Position numbers and translations under genes: made by a program. Shown one piece after another: positions 23,254 through 33,604 of a DNA stretch of 33,604 nt. Location of the stretch: positions 1 to 33,604 of the forward strand of contig RBNJ01000305.1 of NCBI GenBank assembly GCA_003990765.1. The letters run 5' to 3'. Below the pieces are notes generated by a model, which worked only from the letters and a program-made list of their open reading frames with translations, had not been told where the DNA came from and ran no database searches. Each line of letters begins with the position of its first letter. The first letter of the stretch is position 1. Source of the DNA: Jimgerdemannia flammicorona (lineage: Eukaryota).

Positions 23254-26200
23254 ATGGAAATGTGTCCCCCCACATTCTATGGATATACTACTGAAGAGTC
23301 AATCCTGACCTTCATTGAAGACTTTGAACAATTCGCTGCCATACGAGCTCTTGGTGTGGATGCTCAATTGGCCCTTCTACCAGTCAGCCTTAGAGGACCT
23401 GCCAGAGACAAGTTCAATGCAGCCACTATTGCTGGTGCTGATGCAGTCAAACTTGCCAACATGAAGGTCTTCCTCAGAACAACATATTATATCAAAGAGA
23501 TCAAACAAGCTCTCAAGGATCAACTCAATACTATCTGCCAGGGACTTAGTGAAGATCCCAACTCATTCTATATCCGAATTTGCCACCAGATTGTCTTGGC
23601 TGGCTATGATGATGCCCTCAAGGAACAAATAGTGGATTCAACCTTCCTCAAAGGAGTTCACCCCGAAATTGTCCTAGCAATCTGGTCTACCCCAGCTGCA
23701 CTGACCCTTGATCAGAAAGTGGTCTTTGCGCAGAGATATTAGACTGCCAGACATCCTGCTGAACACTCAATGGAGAAAATAACTGGTATCAAGATGGAGC
23801 CATCAAAGCCAACTAGCATCCTACCTGCCACAGTTGTAAACAGACAACCAACCTCACCTACCCCCAAGATAGCCAAAGCTGACCCAGTGGAAGAACTCAC
23901 CAAGCAGTTTGCCAAGATGACTGCACACCTTGGTGATGTTGTTAGAGAAGTCCAAAGCACCAACAGGAGACCAGTGCAGAGATTTGCAGCTGCTACAGAA
24001 GAATGCAATAACATCACATGCTTCAGATGTGGAGAAGAAGGCCACTATGCAAAGAGTTGCATGACTGAAACAAGACACAAAGCCCAACCAAGCAATGCTA
24101 GCAGAACCAGAGAACAAACCAATGCAGTAGTCATTGAGGAGATTGGTGACACTGATGAAGAGTATTATGAGGAGCTTGAATTCTACCCTGCTACTGAAGG
24201 TACCAGAACCCAGTCCAAGCCCTATGACAAGAAGAGCAATAGCAAGCCAGTTGGAAGACCAAAGAAGACCCCAGCTGTCACTATTCAAAGCAAGACCCAA
24301 CCTGAGGAGATTGATCAAGACATGGAGTTAGACGAAGCTGTCTACCAAATTATTGAAGGCACTACTCCAGTCTCAGGAGAAAGTGAAAGCAAGGAGGAAC
24401 AAGAATCAGACATCACCCTCAAGGTCAAGAAGTTTCACCCTGAAGCCAAGATCCCAGAATACAAGACTGAAGGAGTCATAGGAATGGACCTTGCCAGCAT
24501 TCAAGATGCTACCCTTGAACCACAGACCACCACCCTACTTGGCACTGGAATTAGAGTCAAGCTGCCAGAAAACCATGCCAGAATCATCAAGACCAGAAGC
24601 AGTCTGGCCAAAAGCGAAATCTCAGTTGAAGGAGGAGTAATTGACCCTGATTACACTGGCGAGATCTTTCTCATAGTCAGAAATCAGAACCACACCACCC
24701 CCTTCGAAGTCAAGAAGCATGACAGGATTGGCCAGATGCTGATCCATGAAGTCAAGAAGCCCAAGATCATAGAAGCCATCGAACTCATCAAGACCAAGAG
24801 AGGAGAACAAGGCTTTGGATCTACTGGAAGAGGAGCCTATGCTGCCACTAAGCTTACTGAGCTTGAGTATAAGAAAGACAAGGACCAGAACAAGCACACA
24901 TATACCATTGGAGAAAACTTTCCCCTGGAGGAACAACTTCTCAAGATCCTGCACCAGAATGAAGGAGTACTTGCTACAGACTTTAGGGATATCCACAATC
25001 AAGAACCCAAGTACTACCATGAAGTTGACACAGGTGATACCAAGCCTATCTACCAGAAAGCCAGACCCATACCACCTGCCTACAGAGAGTGGCTGCGAGC
25101 TGAACTCAAGGAAATGGAGGAAGCCGGAATCATCAAGCAAGCTATCAGCCCCTGGGCCTCACCCATTGTCCTAGCCCCGAAGAAAGGAAGCAAGCCTGGA
25201 GAGTTTGCACCAAGACTCTGCATTGACTACAGGAAGCTCAATGCCATCATCAAGAAGGATAGGCAGCTCTTGCTGAATATTCAAGAAATCCTTACCACTC
25301 TTGGAAGTAAAGCCAAATACTACACTACCTTGGATCTGTTCTCAGGCTTCCATTAGATCGGTCTCACTCAAAATGTTAGTGAGAAATCTGCCTTCATCAC
25401 ACCTGATGCCACCTATATCTACTTGCAAATGCCATTTGGAATGTGCAATGCCCCAGCAAGTTTCCAGCGAATGATGAACAGAGTCTTCAGCAATGAGATT
25501 GGAAAATGGCTCTTTGTCTATGTTGATGATATGATCATCTTCAGCAATACTGCATGGGAACATATCAATCACATACAGCTAGTCCTCAAGAAACTCAAGG
25601 AGCATGGCCTCTACATCAAGTCCAAGAAATGTAAGTTTGCAGCTCAAGAAATCGCCTACCTAGGACACCTCATCAACCAGACTGGAATCCACACAGACCC
25701 CATGAAGATCGAGGCTGTTGCAGCCTACCCGAGACCTAGAACAACCACAGAAGTCCACGCCTTCCTTGGACTGGCCAGCTACTACAGAAGATTCATCAAA
25801 GAATACTCCAACATTGCAGCACCTATCTACGAGCTACTGAAGAAGGAGACCAAATTCGAATGGACCAAGGAGTGTCAAGAAACCTTCAATGAACTCAAGA
25901 CCAGGTTGACCCAAGTACCCATCCTTAGAAGACTAGACTGGAACCTAGAATTCATCCTGCAGACAGATGCAAGTGCTATAGGACTTGGAGCAGTCCTAGC
26001 TCAGAAGAAAGATGGACATGAATATGTCATCTCCTATGCAAGCTGAGATACCTGCAGAGCAGAACAGAACTACGAGTCATGCAAGCTTGAATGCTTAGCA
26101 GTGGTCTGGGTGGTAGACAAGTTCCACTACTACCTAGCTGGGAAACACTTCACCATTCAAACAGACCATTCTGCTCTTGCCTGGCTATTCCATACTCTGA

Positions 26201-26349
26201 ACCCCAAAGGAATATATGCCAGATAGATCTACAGGCTGCAAGAGTATGACTGTACTATCAAGTACCACTCAGGAAAGACCAACACCAATGCTGATGCACT
26301 CTTGAGGACACCCCGAAACACCCCCATCAAGACTATTCAACATGAATAA
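23254..26349 (+). pseudogene. Single-frame gag-dUTPase-RT-RNase H polyprotein (protease missing; four premature stops)
   Basis: ORFs 23254, 23770 and 25423 are in frame; CFRCGEEGHYAKSC knuckle; RLCIDYRKLN, MPFG, YVDD, TDAS, TDH, ADAL; stops at 23740, 25354, 26044 and 26224 are single transitions. Confidence 0.95.
24418..24828 (+). other. Trimeric-type dUTPase domain
   Basis: All five motifs present: GMDL, RSSLA, GGVIDPDYTGEI, DRIGQML, RGEQGFGSTG. Confidence 0.95.
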
Positions 26350-27508
26350 GGGGCTATACTACATATGGATTAATCAGCTACCTTGGGCAGCAGAAGATGC
26401 CCAACCACCTCGAACCCTGGACAATCACCATCATCAACTGGACTTGGAAACAGTTTGAATTAGACAACACTACACTCAGAAAAGGAGGAAAGCTAGTAAT
26501 ACCTTAACACAAGAAGTATCAAGTAATGAAGGAAGTATATGAGCAAGGATACTTAAGAGAAACCAACACATACGACAAGACAAGAAGAACTATGTGGTGG
26601 CCCAAGATAGAAGAAGACCTGTGCCAATTTGTCAAAGGGTGTGATAAGTGCCAAAAACAGAAATAAGATCAGTAAGACCAGGCACCTGGATCACCAAGAA
26701 TTGAGCCTATCCCCTTCTACTACATTGCAATGGATATCATTGGACCACTACCAGTAACACTATCAGAAAACTACTATATTATAGTTATTGTAGACCTCTT
26801 CACCAAATAGATAGAGGCAGGAGTATTACAAGAAGCCAATGCCCTCTCTATAGCTGATTTCCTACACCGAGAAATCATCTGCTACTACAAGACACCAAAG
26901 CAAATCACAACAGACTGCAGCACAGAATTTGTTAATGGATTCCATGAGATAATGTACCAGAAATACAAGATCCAGCACATCAAGACCACTGTGTACCACC
27001 CTCAAGGAAATGGACAGACAGAGAGAACCAACAAGACCCTCAAGAACATCCTAACAAAGATCTCAGAGACATACGAGAATTGGGATAACTATCTCCCAAC
27101 TGCCCTCTCTGTTCTATGAGACATATGGTCACAGAGCACACATTTTACCCCATAAGAGCTGCTCTTTAGAGAAGAAGATTCTAATGGAACCTCAGCCATA
27201 AATCTAGACCTAACTTAGAGACAGATTGATGCAGAAATCTGGAGACTACACCAAATCAGAAAGAAGGCTGAAGATTACATCACCAAGTTACAAGCACTGA
27301 CAAGAAAGAATGTGGAAAAGAATCACAAGGTTCTAGAACCCATCCAAATTGGAGAAAAGGTTCTACTGTATTGAAATATGGTAGAAGCCTCATGGTCATG
27401 AAAACTGGAGCCCAAATGGGAAAGACCCTTCTACATGTAAGATATCAAGGGAACTACCTTCTGGCTTAGAAAAATCTCAGGGACCATACTGCCTACTATA
27501 GTATATAG
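26342..27508 (+). pseudogene. Integrase of element D (separate frame, decayed)
   Basis: WWP...CDKCQ, MDIIGPLP, VDLFTK, ITTD, YHPQGNGQTERTN, GPY/F-like KLEPKWE. Confidence 0.92.
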
Positions 27509-27982
27509 TGTAATGTAGCGGACGCTTACTCTTGAAAGTACGTCGGATTTCTGTATCTTGAAAACTTAACTATTCTGACTCCCGCAGAGTCTCTTGAAGT
27601 TGTAGGGGAGGGTGGGTGAGTTCGAAGTGTATCTGCTTGCAGGCTTACTAGTTCCTTTACTATCTCTTTGCTTTGAACTATTTCGATCTGAGGTTTATTT
27701 CCTTGAAGATACTGGGTTATTTATACAAGTTTACTAGCTATGAGATGGCTAAGTAATAAATGAGTCATTTGGACTTTGTCGAAATATTTAGACAGTGTCT
27801 AAATACTATACTAAATCGAGATGTTCAATTTGGATAATGTCTAAGAATTTAGACAATGTCTAAGAATTTAGACAATGTCGAAATTGAGGACTGCTAACTA
27901 TAAAGCTATACTACTTTGGGAATGGGTGCGATCAAGTGTCTATTCTCTATTTCCTTCTTCCAAATTTGGCTGTACCATCACA
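27509..27982 (-). repeat. 3' LTR of family A copy 3 (474 bp)
   Basis: Minus strand TGTGATG...CATTACA; TATA and AATAAA at ~27695-27725. Confidence 0.92.
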
Positions 27983-27994
27983 ACTTCCTCCTGA
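27983..27994 (-). other. Polypurine tract (tcaggaggaagt)
   Basis: Abuts the LTR; identical at 11536-11547, decayed at 894-905. Confidence 0.8.
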
Positions 27995-28019
27995 ATAGAT
28001 GGTCTCATCCCTGAGGCAT

Positions 28020-28481
28020 CTATTCAAACTCTCAGGCTTCAACTGTCTGTATGGTCTTATACTGTGCAATTTGCTGTATGATTGTTTCCCAATGATGTCT
28101 TCTCACTTTCTCGAAGTTGGTGGGGGTTACTCCTCTCAGGTGGTCTATTGCTGGTTCATCTTCTCAGAATAACTTGTGAATTCTTTTGGCGATAGTGATC
28201 TGTGAGTGGGAGAGTTGACACTCAGCAATCCAGTCCTCTTTGGTCTTTGCTGGATCCTGATTGAGCACCTGTCCAAGCTTGAAGTACTCTTGGAATTCTG
28301 CCCAATATTGATAGGCTCTAAAGTGCGAGATCTGAGAGAGATGAGTCTGTACAATATTCTGAATATCCTCATAGTATAGCTCTATGGTCAGAGGCTCAGT
28401 GGTGTGCCATTGTCTTTTGATGGCTCTTTGGGCAGCACTAGTGATCTTGAGTGCCATCACAGTACTTTTGTTACTGGCCAT
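28020..28481 (-). pseudogene. Accessory ORF3 of family A, 153 aa, unknown function (two premature TGA stops)
   Basis: Track ORF 28164-28481 continues past TGA as EDEPAIDHLRGVTPTNFEKVRRHHWETIIQQIAQYKTIQTVEA(W)EFE stop. Confidence 0.85.
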
Positions 28482-29668
28482 GATATTTCTTGAGTCAGTT
28501 TCAGTAAATGGTAGTGGGGATTATTGTGCCTGAGGGTTTTCATAGCCAAAAGGTGGTCCCTTTTATATGTATCTTGTACAAGGTAAGATCCTTCCCACTT
28601 AGGCTTCAGTTTTCATGACCATGAAGCTTCTACCATATTCTGATATATTAGGACTTTGTCTCCTATCTTGATAATCTCTAAGGGCTTGTGGGTCTTTTCT
28701 GCATTCCTCCATTGTAGTGTCTGCACCTTGGTTATGTAATCCTCAGCCTTCTTCCTGATTTGGTGTAGTCTCTGTATTTCCATGTCCATATGTTTCCATA
28801 CAGCATCTCCATTGGATGATAGGGTTCCTTGAGAACATTCTTCTCTAAATAGCATTTCTCGAGGGGTAAAGTGGGTGCTTTGTGATCAGATATCCTGGAG
28901 AGCAGATAATGCTATTGGCAGATAGTGATCCCAGTTCTCGTAGTTATTACAGATCTTGGTAATAATATTCTTGAGGGTTTTGTTAGTCCTTTCTACTTGT
29001 CCATTTCCTTGGGGGTGATAGGCTGTGGTCTGAATGTGCTGGATTTTGTACTTCTTGTAGAGAACCTCGAAGAGCTGGTTCATGAATTCTGTTCCTCTAT
29101 CTGTAGTTACTTATATTGGGGTCTTGAACTGGCAGATAATTTCCTTGTGGAAGAAATTGGTGATTGACTGTGCATTGGCTTCCTTGAGGGGTCCTGCTTC
29201 TATCCACTTCATAAAAAGGTCTATGATGACAATGATGTATTGGTTACCAGTCAGGGTTAAGGGTAGAGGGCTGATTACATCTATTGCTATATGGGCAAAT
29301 GGTACTGGTTCTATGTGTGCTGATCCTGGTGCTTGATTCCGTTGGTCTTGTTTCTGTTTCTGGCATTTGTCACATGTCTTGACAAATTGTCTGATATCTT
29401 CCTCCATCCCTGGCCACCATATTGTTCTTCTCACCTTGTCATATATATTCATTCCTCCTAGATGGCCAAGTTCATATACTGATTTCATCACTTGCTCCTT
29501 CTTGTGTTCTGGTATGACCAGTAGTTTTCCTTTCTTCAGTGTTTCTCCATTGGTTTTGAATTGTTTCCATGTCCTGTTGATAATTGTTTGTGTCCATTCT
29601 TCCAGATGTTGGAGCATCTTTCGCTGTCCCAGATATGTGATAATTCCATAGTAGAGCTTCTTATTCAT
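28471..29668 (-). pseudogene. Integrase, no chromodomain
   Basis: (H)ELGHLG...CDKCQ, AIDVI, IDLFMKW, YHPQGNGQVERTN, IGDKVL...; ends LKKYHGQ stop. Confidence 0.93.
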
Positions 29669-32600
29669 GATTGATTTGTTAGTTGGAGGTAGTTCAAGGT
29701 GTCCATGAGAGAGCATCTGCATTGGAATTTGTTCTTCTGGGGCAGTGTACGATGGTTACATCATAGGCTTGTAACTTCATTATTCATCTGGCATAGATTC
29801 CCTTGGGTTGTCCAGTTGTCAGTAGCTAGGTGAGAGCTGAGTAGTCTGTCTGGATGGTGAAGTGTCTTCTGGCCAGATAGTAGTGGAACTTTTCCACAGC
29901 CCAGATGACTGCAAGGTATTCCAACTTATAGGACTTGTATTCTTTTTCAGCCCCTCAGGTTCCGTGGCTAAGATATGCAATGACATACTCTTTTTTGTCT
30001 TCTTTTTGAGCTAAGACTGCTCCTAGTCCCTGTGTACTTGCATCTATCTGAAGGATAAATTCTTGGGTCCAATTGGGTCATCTGAGGATGGGTGCCTGAG
30101 TTAGTCTGATCTTGAGTTCATCAAATGCTTTTTGTTGTCTGCTGGTCTACTGGAACTTGGTATCCTTCTTGTTGAGTTTGTAGATTGGACCTGCAATGTT
30201 GGAGAATCCTCTAATGAATCTGCGATAGTAAGAGGTAAGTCCCATGAAGGCTTGGGCTTCTGTGACAGTAGTGGGCCTTGGGTATGCTGCTACTGCTTGT
30301 ATTTTGAGAGGGTCTGTGTGTGTTCCATCTCGATTGATAATATGGCCAAGATAGGAGATCTTGATTTCTACAAACTTGCACTTCTTGGGTTTGATATAAA
30401 GGCCATGTTGTCTTAGTCTCTCCATTATCTACTGTATGTGCTGCAGATGTTCCTCAGGTGTCTTGCTGTAGATGATTATATTATTGACATAGACCATCAT
30501 CCATCTTCCCATGTCATAGCAGAAGATTTTGTTCATCATTCGCTGAAAGCTTGCTGGTGTATTACACATTCCAAATGGCATTCGTAGGTAGATGTAGATT
30601 CCGTCTGGGGTGATGAAGGCTGACTTTTCACTTGCCATTTCTGTGAGTCCGATTTGGTGAAATCCTAAGTATAAGTCCAAGGTGCTGTAGTACTGTGCTT
30701 CATCTCCCAGTGTTATAAGGATGTCACTGATGAGCGGCAGTGGTTGGCAATCCTTCTTGGTAACTGCATTGAGCTTTCTGTAGTTGACACAGAGCCTTGG
30801 GGCAAATTCTCCAGGTTTGCTTCCTTTTTTCGGGGCTAGTACAACTGGTGAAGACCAGGGGCTGCTGGCTTCTTTGATGATGCCGGCTTCTTCCATCTGC
30901 TTGATTTCTTCTCTGAGCTATTCTTGGTAGGCTGGCGGGACAGGTCTTGTCTTCTGATAGATTGATTCAGTATCTCCAGTATCTACCTCATAATAGTAGT
31001 GTGGGGTCTTTCCCTTGATATTCTTGAAATCTGTGGCAAGAACATCCTCGAATTTGTGGAGTATTTTCTTGAGTTCCTCTTTGAGTGGGAATTCATCTCC
31101 AATGGTGTAACTGTGCTTACTTGTGTTTTTCTCCTTCTTATGCTTGAGTTCGGTGATCTTGGTACTGGTGAATACTCCTCTTCCTGTAGATCCAAATCCT
31201 TTCTTTCCTCTTTTCATTTCCTCCAGGTTCTTGACTTCTTTGATTCTTAGCTGTATGATTGGGAAGATCAACATTTGTGCCAATTGGTCCTTCTTCTTGA
31301 CTGGGAATGGAATTGTAGGATTGTGGTTCCTAGCAATGAGTAGAATTTCTCCAGTATAGTCTAAATCAATGACTCCTCCTTTGATTGTGATTTTGCTTCT
31401 AGCCAGGCTGCTTCTTGTCTTGAGAATCCCGACATGATCCTTTGGGATGGTCATCTCTAGTCCAGTTGCGAGTAGGGTGGTTGTCTGGGGTTCGAGTACA
31501 GTTTCTTCTACTGTAGTGATGTTTATTCCGGCTGCGTTTTCTGACTTGTATTCTGGCAAGACTGCATCAGAGTGGATCTTTTAAATCTTGACCTTGATTT
31601 CTTCTTCATCATCACTGTCCTCCAGGAGGGCTGGTGGTTCGTTGTCTTCCTCCTTCTCTTCTTCCTTGATCTGTTTTTTGAGAGCTTTCTGCCTTCTTTC
31701 CTGGTAGATCTTCTTGGTTCCGATGGTGCACTGGTAGCAATCATTGACATGCTCCATACAGTACATCTTGATTCCATGAGGACAGACTCCTTGTGGGGCA
31801 TAGTCTTCTGTGATCTTCTTGCACCATTCTTCTTCACTCATCCATCCAACTTTCTTCTTCTTTGGAGTAGTCACCATATAAGCTTTCTCTTGCTCACTCT
31901 CTTCTTCCTCCATATTGGGCAGGACTCCTTTGTTGACATTGATGGGAATTCGTATCTTCTGTTCCTGATAGGTGATCTGCATCTTCTGAGCATTAAGATC
32001 GATTACCGCCTTGGCTTTGTGAAGCCATTGATTGCTGATGAGGATGTCATAGTTGGTGGCATTGGTTATGATTACATCTACTGAGATTGTTGCTCCTCCG
32101 ATCTTGATAGGAACATCTCAGATCTTTCCCAGAGGTGTGGCTCTTGTGTCATTGGCTGTGACGAATACTAGCTTAGTTGCTTCTTCCACATCCCAACCTA
32201 GGCGATCTGCTGCCTTCTTACTGAGGAGACATCCTCCTGCTCCCATATCAATGATGGCTTCAAAGGTTCTATCTTCGATTTGGCATATTGCATAAGCAGA
32301 GGTTTTGCGATTGTCCTCACTTTCTTCTCCTGAGTCCTCTTGAACATTATTGGCCTCAATTATCTTCCATCCTTGTTCCTTGGTTGTTTTGGCAAGTCCA
32401 AACCTCATTTGCTGTCTGAATATTGGGATTTCTGCGAGCTGACCAAAGGTTGCATTGACCTTTTATTGACTGAGATCCTTGAAGATATCATACTTGAAGG
32501 TCTTGATCTTGCAAAGCTTCTTTTCTTTTTCTTCTTCACTGGCTGGAGTGGTTCCTCAGATGATATCTTGAACTGCTTACTCCAGCTCAATATCTTAGTC

Positions 32601-33604
32601 CATCTCTTCGGCTTAGCTTTCTGTGTCAGTTTCCATCCACTTTTCCAATGAGTTCTTCTTGGGTCTTCCTGGCGGTCTCTTGTAGGGTTCTTTGTGAGCA
32701 TCCTTCTTAGTGGTCTGAGCAGGATAGGCCTCCCATTCCTCTTCATCGGATTCTCTGATTTCTTCAAAGGTGATTGTATTGGCCTGCTCCTTGTTTCATG
32801 TGGCATTGCTTGGTTGAGCCTTGCATTTGGTTTCACTTATATATTTATAGGAGTAGTAGCCTTCTTCTCCACAGCTATAGCAGGTACCTTTCTTCTTGTC
32901 TGAGGTAGCAGCAAACTTCTGAACAGGGTGGTAATCTCTTCCTCAGATTTCCTTTACCACATCTCCCAGGTGGGCAGTCATTTCAGCAAACCTTTTGGTG
33001 AGTTCCTCCATAGAGTCACTGTTCTTTTGCTGCTCTGTAGCTTTTGGCTGAGGTGTGTTTCAATTGATCATTGTGGTGGGGATCACACTGGTTGCCTTGG
33101 GTGCCTCAATTCTGACTCCTGTAACTCTCTCTATTGTATGGTCTTGTGGGTGTCTGGCTATCCAGTATCACTGAGCATAGGTGACCTTCTGTGGCAGATC
33201 CAGAATCACTGGTGATGAGCAGATGGCCATGGCTATTTCTGGATGGACTCCTTTCATGAAGGTTGCTTCGGCTACTTGATCTCAGATAGCAGCAGCATAA
33301 TCTGCAAGAATTATCTGATATCAGATTCTGGTATAGAATGTGTTTGGGTCCTCGCTCATTCCTTGGCATGTTGTATTGAGCTGATACTTCAGGGCTTGCT
33401 TGATCTCATCTGTGTAATATGTATTTCGAAGCTAGGTCTTCTGTGCTGTCAGTATGGCATCAGCATCATTTCCTGCATGGGTTGCAGCTGTGAATACTGC
33501 TCTGGCAGGGCCTTGTAGGCTGAAGGGCATGAGGGCTACTTGCTGTGCTGCTGTCAGAGTCCTTACAGCAGCATACTGCTCGAAATCGTCAATGAAGGTG
33601 ATGA
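29661..33604 (-). pseudogene. gag-protease-dUTPase-RT-RNase H polyprotein
   Basis: AIIDMGAG protease site (~32235-32260), dUTPase 31182-31598, RT motifs 30429-30896, decayed CCHC ~32840-32885. Confidence 0.95.

Larger units (their letters stand above)
21627..27508 (+). mobile_element. Ty3/Gypsy element D (divergent relative of family A), interrupted near the integrase end by A copy 3
   Basis: Sharp compositional edge at TGTAATG (21627), PBS, gag, dUTPase, RT, RH, IN. Confidence 0.93.
27509..33604 (-). mobile_element. Ty3/Gypsy family A copy 3 (best preserved; 5' end beyond the window)
   Basis: LTR, PPT, ORF3, IN, RH, RT, dUTPase, protease and gag in Gypsy order. Confidence 0.96.

Noticed and set aside
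24418..24828. dUTPase as a host or phage dut gene
   Set aside because: It is in frame within the retroelement polyprotein in three copies
26341..26349. RH stop codon as a simple CAA>TAA decay artefact
   Set aside because: Restoring CAA still leaves integrase in a different frame, and the TAA is shared by all four copies
27827..27883. Palindromic direct repeats as a CRISPR array
   Set aside because: Units are head-to-tail with no unique spacers, lie inside an LTR, and there are no cas genes
28020..28481. ORF3 as an envelope gene
   Set aside because: Only 153 aa, with no signal peptide or transmembrane segment visible

Overview
This window is a eukaryotic transposon nest, most likely fungal (inference). 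It contains no recognisable host gene, RNA gene or CRISPR array. Contents: (1) four copies of a dUTPase-encoding, chromodomain-less Ty3/Gypsy lineage, namely three minus-strand 'family A' copies (414-3936, 11078-16279, 27509 to the window end) and a divergent plus-strand 'element D' (21627-27508); (2) an older Gypsy 'element B' whose LTRs (4645-5130, 20701-21150) are flanked by a GTTAA target-site duplication and enclose a 16.5-kb nest; (3) a full-length L1-like LINE with a 17-bp TSD; (4) two foldback hAT-like MITEs and several LTR fragments. All are eroded by C>T/G>A transitions. The most unusual signal is the architecture of the A/D lineage. In all four copies the gag-(PR)-dUTPase-RT-RNaseH frame stops at (C/T)ATGAATAA, and integrase starts at the overlapping ATG in another frame. 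A third conserved ORF of unknown function (~153 aa) is coupled to the integrase end in the same way. In element D an apparent homologue of that ORF (263 aa, intact) lies inside the U3 of an inferred 1.5-kb LTR and carries a CpG-rich patch with two CRE palindromes. All alignments and counts were made by eye; no database searches were run.
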